Shown here: positions 54,986 through 63,216 of the stretch, in pieces
How positions within the stretch are numbered: position 1 is the stretch's first letter
Layout: each line of letters starts with the position of its first letter
Source: Muribaculaceae bacterium
GTDB taxonomy: Bacteria > Bacteroidota > Bacteroidia > Bacteroidales > Muribaculaceae
Reading direction: 5' to 3'
Assembly (NCBI GenBank): GCA_022509065.1
Contig: JAFLTY010000003.1
Location: 1,900 to 65,899 of the forward strand
Length of the DNA: 64,000 bases
Program-made: the position numbers and the translations under genes
Notes under the pieces: model-generated
What the model saw: the letters and a program-made list of their open reading frames with translations, nothing else
What the model was told of the DNA's origin: nothing
The model's database searches: none

Positions 54986-56335
54986 ATGACAACTAACAAT
55001 CAAACCAACCAACCACGCGGAAACTATTCACTCCCCATAGTGATTATGTTCGCGTTGTTCTTCATGATTGCTTTCGTTACCGGCTATCAGAACCCTCTTG
55101 GCGAAGTAATCAAAAACATGACAGGCGGTAACGCCATCCTGTCACAGTTAGGAACCTTGGCCAATTTCATAGCCTACGCATGTATGGGATATCCTGCCGG
55201 TATCCTCCTCGAAAAAAGCGGATACCGTGTAACTGCACTTTGGGCAGTGACCGTAGGATTCCTGGGTGTACTCATAACTTACATCTCAGGGTTTATCGGC
55301 ACCAATATCCCCGCTGTGATAGTTTACCTCATTGGCGCTTTTGTTGCCGGCTTTTCAATGTGTATGCTTAACACAGTTGTCAATCCCATGCTTAACTCTC
55401 TGGGAGCTACACAAAAACAAGGCAACCAGCTCGTACAGTTCGGTGGATCGTGCAACTCTCTTGGCGCAACCCTCGCACCGGTCATCGTAGGTGGCCTTAT
55501 CGGCGGACAGGCAAGCTCTATATCGTCGGCTAACCCCGTTTTCTATCTCGCAATGACAATCTTTGCCGTTGCATGGATAGTGCTTTACCTGTCAAAACTC
55601 CCCGAAGCTCCAGACTTGGGTAAGAAAAAAGAAAAAATTAACGCCGGTGGAGCTTTCCGTTTCGCAAACTTCACATTCGGCGTGATTGCCATCTTCTTCT
55701 ACGTAGGTATAGAAGTTGGTATCTCCAACTGGACATTCCAGTATCTTAAAGAAAGTGAAATAGTAGGACTCGCCAATCCCGCCTTTGAAGCAGCTGCCAT
55801 TGCCGGAACCGTTTGCGGTATCTACTGGCTTCTCATGCTCGTAGGTCGCCTTATTGGCGGAGCAATAGGAGGTGCAGTGTCAAGCCGCGTCATGCTTATT
55901 GTGACATCGCTCGTCGCCATTATACTTCTCGTATTGGGCATCTGCACTACCGAGTCTGTAGTACCCTTCATTGGCTTTGACTCCAAGAACATGCTCTTCA
56001 GCGTCGTACAAGTACCGCTTAACTCCATCTTCTTTATAGCGTGCGGACTATGTACATCGGTGATGTGGGGCGCCATATTCAATCTGTCCGTTCAGGGTCT
56101 CGGCAAATATACCGCTGTAGCATCCGGTCTGTTTATGACCATGGTATGCGGAGGTGGCATAATACCCGCTCTCCAGGGCATCATTGCCGACTCTTCAATA
56201 CTCGCCTCATTCTGGCTCCTTGTGGCAGTCACAGTATACCTCCTCATCTACGCGCTTTTCCTGTCAAGACCCTCTAACAAAATGCCGCAGGAAAAAGAAA
56301 TCCTGTACGAAGACGGTCACGAAGTACAAGCTTGA
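54986..56335 (+). CDS. MFS sugar:H+ symporter (FucP/GluP glucose-galactose-fucose permease type)
   Basis: 449 aa with about 12 hydrophobic helices. It has the FucP/GluP-like N-terminus and central loop KLPEAPDLGKKKEK. It lies next to galK and galM. Confidence 0.75.
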   Translation: MTTNNQTNQPRGNYSLPIVIMFALFFMIAFVTGYQNPLGEVIKNMTGGNAILSQLGTLANFIAYACMGYPAGILLEKSGYRVTALWAVTVGFLGVLITYISGFIGTNIPAVIVYLIGAFVAGFSMCMLNTVVNPMLNSLGATQKQGNQLVQFGGSCNSLGATLAPVIVGGLIGGQASSISSANPVFYLAMTIFAVAWIVLYLSKLPEAPDLGKKKEKINAGGAFRFANFTFGVIAIFFYVGIEVGISNWTFQYLKESEIVGLANPAFEAAAIAGTVCGIYWLLMLVGRLIGGAIGGAVSSRVMLIVTSLVAIILLVLGICTTESVVPFIGFDSKNMLFSVVQVPLNSIFFIACGLCTSVMWGAIFNLSVQGLGKYTAVASGLFMTMVCGGGIIPALQGIIADSSILASFWLLVAVTVYLLIYALFLSRPSNKMPQEKEILYEDGHEVQA

Positions 56336-56364
56336 CCGTAGGCTACATATCATCCAATTCACTT

Positions 56365-56395
56365 ATCCCCGGAGACTATAAAATCCTCCGGGGAT
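56365..56395 (+). terminator. Stem-loop terminator after the permease gene
   Basis: Perfect 10-bp arms ATCCCCGGAG / CTCCGGGGAT with an 11-nt loop. Confidence 0.5.
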
Positions 56396-56479
56396 GAATT
56401 TTAATGTTAAAAATGCTTGTTTCCCAAACCATAAATACAAAAAACAGCAATAACATTATTTCAAATCAAAAAAAATCTA

Positions 56480-56487
56480 TAAATTTG
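56480..56487 (+). promoter_or_regulatory. -7 promoter box (TAAATTTG) upstream of tRNA-Leu
   Basis: TAnnTTTG match about 65 nt before the tRNA 5' end. Confidence 0.4.
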
Positions 56488-56551
56488 CACCCACAAAGAC
56501 CAAAGCTCACACGCAGGTCGGCTTTTAGACTGTTCGATGACAGACTACAAA

Positions 56552-56633
56552 GCCCGGATGGCGGAATTGGTAGACGCGCTGGTCTCAAACACCAGTGGGG
56601 CGACCCATCCCGGTTCGAGCCCGGGTCCGGGTA
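56552..56633 (+). tRNA. tRNA-Leu: tRNA-Leu (anticodon CAA), class II with long variable arm
   Basis: Hand-folded. Acceptor GCCCGGA/TCCGGGT (one terminal G-U). Anticodon stem CTGGT/ACCAG with loop CTCAAAC. Variable arm GGG-GCGA-CCC. T arm CCCGG-TTCGAGC-CCGGG. Discriminator A. CCA is not encoded. Confidence 0.9.
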
Positions 56634-56636
56634 CTG

Positions 56637-56678
56637 AATTGGAGACTCCTGTTTTCGGGGTTTCCAATTTCTTTTTTA
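56637..56678 (+). terminator. Terminator after tRNA-Leu
   Basis: AATTGGAGAC pairs with GTTTCCAATT (9/10) and is followed by TCTTTTTT. Confidence 0.5.
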
Positions 56679-56907
56679 TCCCCTCGTAACCCTCTGGTCT
56701 GTTTATAGATAAGGTCGAGTACCATGTTCAACTTTTTGGTTCGATATGATCCTACCTCAACTTCTCTTATTCCGTATCAATCGGGACAGGTCAATCCGAT
56801 GCTCCCAAAGCCTCGTCGCCTTGCAACTGTGCTCCATAATAAACAATGGGCAAAGTATTTGCAAAAGGCTTCCGGGCTTTAGCTCGCAAATACTCAAATC
56901 TACATTC

Positions 56908-58398
56908 TCATCGACTAAACTCAATAACCGACATTACCGGCAGATGGTCGGAAGCAGTGTCTTGTCCTGAGGAGCCTTCGGAAGTTTCGATTAGCTTAAA
57001 ATCGGCTTTCGGTGTTCCCCATATATAGTCGAGCCGGCTAATGGGTTCTTTAGCCGGGAATGTAGGTGCGGTTCCGGACAAGAGTTCAAAACAGCTTTTC
57101 ATTGTCTCGATTGGCGCCGAGTTTAAGGTGCAATTAAAGTCCCCTGCTATAATAGCCGGGATTGGAGTATCGGCAAACCGGTTGACAACACACTGCGCCT
57201 GAAGCGACTGTGTGTCTTCAGACTTGTAATCGAAATGGGTCGACGCGAAGATGAACGGCAGTTCTTCCTCCATTCTGAATGTTCCTATCAATATTATGCG
57301 CGGTTCTTCATTTTTAGGGTTAGGCAACGGTATTGTGTTAAGCTGATCGGCTGGATAACGTGACAAGATTCCTACGCCGTAATAACCGCCCGGGACGCTG
57401 AAGTTGATAGTTTTGCCGAAATAACCGAACATTCCAGTCTTGGCGGCCAATTCGTTGATAAAGTTGACACCGTTGTTATGGGGCGCCATTTTACGCATGG
57501 TGTTAATGTCCACCTCCTGAAGAGCAACGAAATCGGGGTTGAAAGCTTTAATCTCGCTGGCCAGACGTTCCATAGTAGCTAATTCTCCGAAACGCAAGTT
57601 ATACGACATGATACGCAGAGTAAGGGTTGCATAAGCCTCTTCGATGAGTTTCTGGGCGAGTTCGGGGTCGTTAGTAGTGATAAAATCCACTCCTTGCTCA
57701 ATACTGTAACGAATATCACCCTCACTGTTCACCGTCCAGATGTTCACAGGCATGCCCATAGCGTGAAACTTTTCTATCCAATCGGGATTTTTGCGAAAAT
57801 GGCCGATATTGAAATCAGGGCCCGTCGCACCTAACTCTCTCACGGCTTCAGGAGTAGTTCCCGTAAGATAATACACCGGTCTGTCGGCCTGCTCGACAAG
57901 AAGACGACATGCGTTTTCTGAAAAAGTTATATAGGTTGTTCTGTCCTTCAGCCCTTTGGAGTCTATCATGTCAATTATCAGGGGCACTGCTACATTCTCC
58001 CGTGCAGAATCTTTATGAGGTTTAACCTCAAGAACCAATCCGACATTCAACGTCTTGGCAGTGTCGAGGAAAGTGTCAAGCCGTGGGATAACTTCACCAT
58101 TAGGTAGGTGACATTTATCTATCACATCGGATGTTGAGGTTTGAATTACCACCCCGTTAATATCGGAATTATGATTGACGTATAGCACATCATCGGCCGA
58201 TATCCATACGTCGAATTCGGTCTGTTCAACCCCTATCGAATCGGCCTTTACCAAAGACCGTATGCTATTTTCGGCCGAACCTGGCGCCTGATGATATCCA
58301 CGGTGAGCAACAACCTGCGGACGTGAAGCATTTGCTTTGGGACAAACCGAAATAACAAAGAAAAAAATGAAAAGCGTTGCGAAAAATGAGTACTTCAT
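56908..58398 (-). CDS. Secreted two-domain phosphoesterase: glycerophosphodiester-phosphodiesterase (GDPD) domain fused to EEP domain
   Basis: The N-terminal half has QVVAHRGYH...ENS...TEFDVW (GDPD HR...E...E/D blocks). The C-terminal half has LRIMSYNLRFGE ... ASDHLPV (EEP). Signal peptide is MKYSFFATLFIFFFVISVCPKANA. Confidence 0.75.
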   Translation of the reverse strand: MKYSFFATLFIFFFVISVCPKANASRPQVVAHRGYHQAPGSAENSIRSLVKADSIGVEQTEFDVWISADDVLYVNHNSDINGVVIQTSTSDVIDKCHLPNGEVIPRLDTFLDTAKTLNVGLVLEVKPHKDSARENVAVPLIIDMIDSKGLKDRTTYITFSENACRLLVEQADRPVYYLTGTTPEAVRELGATGPDFNIGHFRKNPDWIEKFHAMGMPVNIWTVNSEGDIRYSIEQGVDFITTNDPELAQKLIEEAYATLTLRIMSYNLRFGELATMERLASEIKAFNPDFVALQEVDINTMRKMAPHNNGVNFINELAAKTGMFGYFGKTINFSVPGGYYGVGILSRYPADQLNTIPLPNPKNEEPRIILIGTFRMEEELPFIFASTHFDYKSEDTQSLQAQCVVNRFADTPIPAIIAGDFNCTLNSAPIETMKSCFELLSGTAPTFPAKEPISRLDYIWGTPKADFKLIETSEGSSGQDTASDHLPVMSVIEFSR

Positions 58399-59063
58399 AT
58401 TATTTAAAAAACTCGTTGGTTGAATTAATTCGTTAAAAAATTATTGGGAAACGATAACCAACCCCTTATATGGAGTCGGAAAACTAACCGGTTGGCACTG
58501 TCAGAGCAAGAGGCGGTTCAACATTTCCTCACAAATGTCGTGAGAATTTGATAAATCTGCAAGTAATAGTAACACTAAAATCGGAATAAATGTCCTCCGA
58601 GGAGGCTATATGTATCAATTTTTATCATCCTTTCGTCCGTAAAAACTAAGGCTCTAATGCATTTCGTATAATAAAATGGTACTTTCGTATATCATGGCAA
58701 AAAATACTTGGGGAATATATCCATATTTTCTTCCTTTGCTCAACAATAGGCAATTTCGGTTTGGTCATGCCTATTGTTCTGCATATGTAGTAATAAAACG
58801 ACAGGAGTTAAACTCAATAGATGCTAATATTCGATTTTATTGATAGAATAATATAATGATATCAAAACCTTTAACGTTAAAGGATTTGGAGAATTGTCGG
58901 GAATCCCTGAACCTCAAATGCATCAGTTCCGGTAAATCACATGAGTGGAGTGTAGATAAATATTAGTACATTTTATGATCGCCGTTTCTAAGACAATATA
59001 CTTTAAATCAAACCGTTTTCTTATTAATATGTTTTAGCTTTTAATAAAATCTAATTTATTATT

Positions 59064-60509
59064 ATGTCAATCGTTCGCATTCTTTGTCTCGCTTCAATAT
59101 GGAACGTATGTTTGAGTTCATTTGCGATTAATGTTTCAGTAGATGAAAATGTAGAATTTATTAGTGCCATTTGTCGAACTGCGGGATTTGAAGAATATAT
59201 TGACGACACCAATCAATCTTACGCAAATGCTGTTGATTCGTTAATGTCTCCATACAAAGGTCACGATGCAATAAAGTATCTTACTAAAGTAAGGAATAAA
59301 CAAGGAGTGGGATTTGATGCCATAGCAAATCTTGCTGTTCATACAGAAATAGTAAACGGGAATCTAATCTTAAAAGATGGGGCTGATCTATCAAAGGTTG
59401 ATTCAAGGTGGGAGTCGGGGCAAGACAAAGAGATTGTCTTGTTGTTGAATGATTTGTATCACAAATCTAACTTCTCAAAATTTTTTAATGATAATGCTTC
59501 TTTTTATGAAAAAGTAAGCTCTAATGGCCAAGAATTATTATCGCAATGTGATATTGACTGGCTTGATAATTTCTTTGGAAAAAAGCTCTCCAATAGTAGA
59601 GTGGTGGTTTCTTTGTTGAATTGCGGAAATTATGGAATGACACAAAAGTTACAGAATAATCCTGATGAAGCGGTAATAATTGTTTGTTGTACAAATCTTG
59701 ACGAACAAAATATTCCGGTTTTTAATTCTTTTAGAAACCAATCGCTTATTGTTCATGAAAGTTCCCATCCCATGACAAACCCATTGATTGACTCCAACCT
59801 TGAAAATTTCAATGGCAACATTGAGACCATGGCATCCTTAATGTCAAAAGAATTAAGAGGAGGAGCCTATGCCGGAGGAAGGACAATGATGGCAGAGTCA
59901 ATGGTTCGTACAGTGGAAATAATGTATAAAAAAGCTCATTCTAAAGGTTATGACGAAGAAAGTGCCGAATCTGAAATTAAAAGACTCATGTCTCGGGGCT
60001 TCATGTTTATACCTGAGGTTTATGAAGGTTTCACGATTTATGTTGAAAATCGTGAACAATATCCGATTATCGACAATATAATGCCACTTATTATAGAAAA
60101 AATTAACAATGTTGATGTAGCAGCACGGTATGCAGAGTACATAGATGACACTCCGACATTAATAGGCTGCTCAATGCCGATGGATGCAAAAGACATTGCA
60201 CCATCAGATTCTATTAAAATTTCGTTTTATTTCGATAAACCGATACGTAAAGGGCCTTGGGGTTGGAGGAATTATAACGATAACGAAGATATTGAACCCG
60301 AAAAAGTTACCCCAAAAATCTCTAAAGATGGAAAAGAAATAATCGTTGAAATTGAAGCTACAAAACCTAATTCAGAATATGGGTTTGGTATTGATGGATA
60401 TCTTTTCACAGGATTAAAAGGATATCCAGCCAAAGGGTCTCAAGATGTCCATTTCTTTACAGGCGATAAACCTGAAAATCTGAGGTTCATTGGTAATCTG
60501 CAACAATAG
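59064..60509 (+). CDS. Secreted DUF4932-like protein with HExxH motif and C-terminal Ig-like domain
   Basis: Signal peptide. The N-terminal pattern is VDENVEFISAICRTAGFEEY...YKGHDAIKYL...GFDAIANLAVH. LIVHESSHPMTNPL contains the HExxH motif. Confidence 0.5.
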   Translation: MSIVRILCLASIWNVCLSSFAINVSVDENVEFISAICRTAGFEEYIDDTNQSYANAVDSLMSPYKGHDAIKYLTKVRNKQGVGFDAIANLAVHTEIVNGNLILKDGADLSKVDSRWESGQDKEIVLLLNDLYHKSNFSKFFNDNASFYEKVSSNGQELLSQCDIDWLDNFFGKKLSNSRVVVSLLNCGNYGMTQKLQNNPDEAVIIVCCTNLDEQNIPVFNSFRNQSLIVHESSHPMTNPLIDSNLENFNGNIETMASLMSKELRGGAYAGGRTMMAESMVRTVEIMYKKAHSKGYDEESAESEIKRLMSRGFMFIPEVYEGFTIYVENREQYPIIDNIMPLIIEKINNVDVAARYAEYIDDTPTLIGCSMPMDAKDIAPSDSIKISFYFDKPIRKGPWGWRNYNDNEDIEPEKVTPKISKDGKEIIVEIEATKPNSEYGFGIDGYLFTGLKGYPAKGSQDVHFFTGDKPENLRFIGNLQQ

Positions 60510-60762
60510 AATAAATTTTAGCAAAAATACTCATTTCTCGAATCTCCATCGAAAAAGATTTTAAATCATTCAAATCTTATGCCGTTCATTTGGATGATTT
60601 TCTTTTTATGAGATTAAACTTTTTCATCAAGAATCCGTTACGGTAATCTTTTGCTTATAAATAGAGTTATCTAAATTGTGAAAAATATATAAATTCTTTT
60701 TCTTGTGTAATTTTTATAAAAGTTGTGCAACATATGAGATAAAGAAACTAAAAATTAAAATA

Positions 60763-61251
60763 ATGATTGACCTTCCACAAAAAGAAAAAGAATTTATAAA
60801 TCTTATTGAGAACCATTCACGACTCATCAATCAGATTTGTTACTTCTATTCAACTACACAGAATCCTTTTGAAGATTTAAGACAAGAGGTATATATTAAC
60901 ATCTGGAGGGGCATTGAAAAATTCAGAGGCGAAAGCAAAATTTCAACTTATATTTATAGAATTGCTTTAAATTCAGTCTTAATGGCTCTTCGAACCTCCA
61001 AAACAAAAATTGAAACTGTACCTATTGATTTGGAGTTAAATTTATCTATGTCTTTTGATGATGATCAAAAAGAGAAACTGGAACTTATGTATCGTCTAAT
61101 TAATAATCTCGATGATATTGAAAAAGCTATCATTTTACTTTGGTTAGATGAAACCTCATACCACGAAATAGCAACCATCGTCGGAATCACCCCGGAGAAT
61201 GTAGCCACCAGAATTTACAGAATTAAAAAGAAACTCTCAAACTCGTTATAA
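60763..61251 (+). CDS. ECF-type RNA polymerase sigma-70 family factor
   Basis: Region 2 reads EDLRQEVYINIWRGIEKFRGESKISTYIYRIALNSV. Region 4 reads LWLDETSYHEIATIVGITPENVATRIYRIKKKL. The ATG is at 60763; the track start 60703 is a TTG. Confidence 0.8.
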   Translation: MIDLPQKEKEFINLIENHSRLINQICYFYSTTQNPFEDLRQEVYINIWRGIEKFRGESKISTYIYRIALNSVLMALRTSKTKIETVPIDLELNLSMSFDDDQKEKLELMYRLINNLDDIEKAIILLWLDETSYHEIATIVGITPENVATRIYRIKKKLSNSL

Positions 61252-61252
61252 T

Positions 61253-61804
61253 ATGGATATCGCGGAAATGAAAAAAAACCTGTCGCTAATTGACAAATTA
61301 CTTGAACGCGCTAACAGCCCTGTTCAGATCGACACTCAACGGGTGCATACTGCAAAATCCAAGCTCGAAAAGAAATTTTTTGAAGCTATTAAAGTCAATA
61401 CGCTAATCTGTGTCATATTCTTGATTATCTGGCTTAAGGACGGTAACGACATTAATATATCAATACCTTACAGACTTATAATCTCTATTGTTACTTTTAT
61501 CGGAAGTCTTTGGTATCTTTATCTATATCAGGCCGTCAAGAGGATTGACATTTATACTCTCACTCCAAGACAGCTTTTCTCAAAAATCTCAGGTTTGAAA
61601 TTAAAAATATATTCCGGAGAAATTGCTATCGGGATGATACTTGTAATACTTTTTACGTTGTTTCTCCCACAAATTTTCCAAGCTTCCTTACTCGGTTTTT
61701 GGTTATGCATCATAACAATATGTTTTGCGATAGCTATTTCATTGATAGTGTATATTCCCCGTTATAAAAAGATATTCAACGATTTGACTGCTATAAAAAA
61801 TTAA
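61253..61804 (+). CDS. Small 4-TM membrane protein coupled to the ECF sigma gene (possible anti-sigma; no recognisable FecR/zf-HC2 domain)
   Basis: It starts 1 nt after the sigma stop. About 55 soluble N-terminal residues are followed by four hydrophobic helices. Confidence 0.4.
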   Translation: MDIAEMKKNLSLIDKLLERANSPVQIDTQRVHTAKSKLEKKFFEAIKVNTLICVIFLIIWLKDGNDINISIPYRLIISIVTFIGSLWYLYLYQAVKRIDIYTLTPRQLFSKISGLKLKIYSGEIAIGMILVILFTLFLPQIFQASLLGFWLCIITICFAIAISLIVYIPRYKKIFNDLTAIKN

Positions 61805-61835
61805 GTTTTCTATATAGTCAATTAGACGTGTTTAG

Positions 61836-61861
61836 ATGTGCCGGGTATTTTCTTGGCACAT
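61836..61861. terminator. Weak stem-loop between convergent genes
   Basis: ATGTGCC pairs with GGCACAT across a 12-nt loop. Confidence 0.3.
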
Positions 61862-61927
61862 TTAACATGTTGTTACAATCCGGAAAGCTCAATTGATTTA
61901 GATTCAACCTTTTCGACGAACCGTCTG

Positions 61928-63034
61928 TTAGCTTGTAGATGAGATTTCGTTACGCAGGGGATAATTGTCGCGAAGCGCCTCGAAACGTTTGGCAACCTCT
62001 ATGTCTGACAATTGTCGCGCATAGGCATCGTTGACCGATGCTCTTCCATCAAACGATCCGTCATTGTTTGTAGAGGGTTGTGACAATAGAACACTTCGCA
62101 TATAATGGCTGTCATCGAAGGGATTGTATGACTCAAGAATTTGAGGCACTGTAACTTCAGCCGGTATGGCAACGGCATCTCTGCTGTCCGCTTTTAGTGC
62201 CGGTAATTCGAAATGCCTGGAAAGTGCATCAAGAACCATTTGAGTCGCCCTTATCTTTCCGTCTCGGCTATAACCGGCGATATGAGGCGTCGCGATATCC
62301 ACAGCTTTCATAAGTTCAAGGTTTATATGTGGTTCACCCTCCCAAACGTCCGCTACGGATGCGCCAAGGCGCCCTTCGCGTATGGCCTGCAACCATGCGG
62401 CGTTATCGACGACAGCTCCACGCGAAGTATTGATAACTATGGGACGTTTGACCAACGACTCGAAGAAGCTTTGGCTTCCCAAGCCAAGGGTCGCGTGTTC
62501 TCCATCTCTTGTCAACGGCACATGAAAAGTAATAACATCGGCCGTAGCAGCTACCTCCTCAAGGGTAAACCAGGTCTTTTCCGGCTCGCGAATCGCTCTC
62601 ATAGGGTCAACAAGCATTACTTTGAAACCCAACGAACGACACCATCGCTCAACCAGACGGCCTACGTTGCCTACTCCAACAATAGCAACCGTAGTGTCCT
62701 TCATATCAGACTTTAGCAGTCGCAGTAACGACGCCATAACATACTGGGCCACTGCCGGAGCGTTGCATCCGGGAGCACTGACGGCGGTGACATCGTTATT
62801 TTCACACCAACACTCGTCTATATGGTCACGGCCTATGGTAGCTGTAGCTATAAAACGACATTTGGAACCACTTAACAAATTACCGTCAATACGTGTGCGC
62901 GTTCGTACAACGAGTGCGTCGGCGTCTCTAACTGTCTCCGGCGTTATATCGTCGGGCGATAAATATTTCACCTCAGCGTATGGTTCCAGAACTCCCTGTA
63001 TGTAAGGGATGTATTTGTCAATGATAATTTTCAT
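61928..63034 (-). CDS. pdxB: 4-phosphoerythronate dehydrogenase (D-2-hydroxyacid dehydrogenase family)
   Basis: MKIIIDKYIPYIQGVLEPYAEVKYL...ALVVRTRT is a PdxB-type N-terminus. The NAD motif is VGVGNVGRLV. HIAGYS contains the catalytic His. The ATG is at 63034. Confidence 0.75.
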   Translation of the reverse strand: MKIIIDKYIPYIQGVLEPYAEVKYLSPDDITPETVRDADALVVRTRTRIDGNLLSGSKCRFIATATIGRDHIDECWCENNDVTAVSAPGCNAPAVAQYVMASLLRLLKSDMKDTTVAIVGVGNVGRLVERWCRSLGFKVMLVDPMRAIREPEKTWFTLEEVAATADVITFHVPLTRDGEHATLGLGSQSFFESLVKRPIVINTSRGAVVDNAAWLQAIREGRLGASVADVWEGEPHINLELMKAVDIATPHIAGYSRDGKIRATQMVLDALSRHFELPALKADSRDAVAIPAEVTVPQILESYNPFDDSHYMRSVLLSQPSTNNDGSFDGRASVNDAYARQLSDIEVAKRFEALRDNYPLRNEISSTS

Positions 63035-63193
63035 GTCCTTTTTATTTGACAAAGGTAATAAAATAGCTCGATATGGGACTTTTTATCTATGAAAAACACC
63101 ACAAAAATCACTGATTAGAGCTCGGATTGGCTTATATTGAGCCATTAAAGCAAATTATGCGACAGATTTTGAGCAAAAGTGAAAAAAAAATGC

Positions 63194-63201
63194 TAACTTT
63201 G
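63194..63201 (+). promoter_or_regulatory. Possible -7 box (TAACTTTG) for the coiled-coil/zapA genes
   Basis: TAnnTTTG match 15 nt upstream of the ATG at 63217. Confidence 0.35.
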
Positions 63202-63216
63202 TCAAAAATTGGACTT

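Larger units (their letters stand above)
58399..61927. other. Compositionally distinct low-GC segment (three genes plus a 665-bp AT-rich non-coding stretch)
   Basis: My spot counts of individual 60-nt lines give about 22-42% GC here, against about 48-52% in PUL genes. Codons end in A/T far more often than in flanking genes. Confidence 0.5.

Noticed and set aside
56679-56907. Possible pseudogene remnant between the tRNA terminator and the GDPD-EEP stop (short frames such as FEYLRAKARKPFANTLPIVYYGAQLQGDEALGASD)
   Set aside because: The frames are short, interrupted and without any motif I recognise. This cannot be distinguished from random non-coding sequence without a database search.
58742-58778. 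Inverted repeat as a phase-variable invertible promoter
   Set aside because: The arms are only 15 nt apart, so it is a simple hairpin. No site-specific recombinase is nearby and no promoter is enclosed.
58694-58843. 49-codon ORF (MAKNTWGIYPYFLPLLNNRQF...) in the AT-rich spacer
   Set aside because: I found no recognisable motif or ribosome-binding context. It spans the 58742-58778 hairpin. An ORF of this length is expected by chance in AT-rich DNA.
56552-61927. tRNA-Leu-linked genomic island or integrative element
   Set aside because: There is no integrase, recombinase or transposase. I could not find a direct repeat of the tRNA 3' end. The gene next to the tRNA (GDPD-EEP) has native-like composition. 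Only a compositional anomaly at 58.4-61.9 kb can be claimed.
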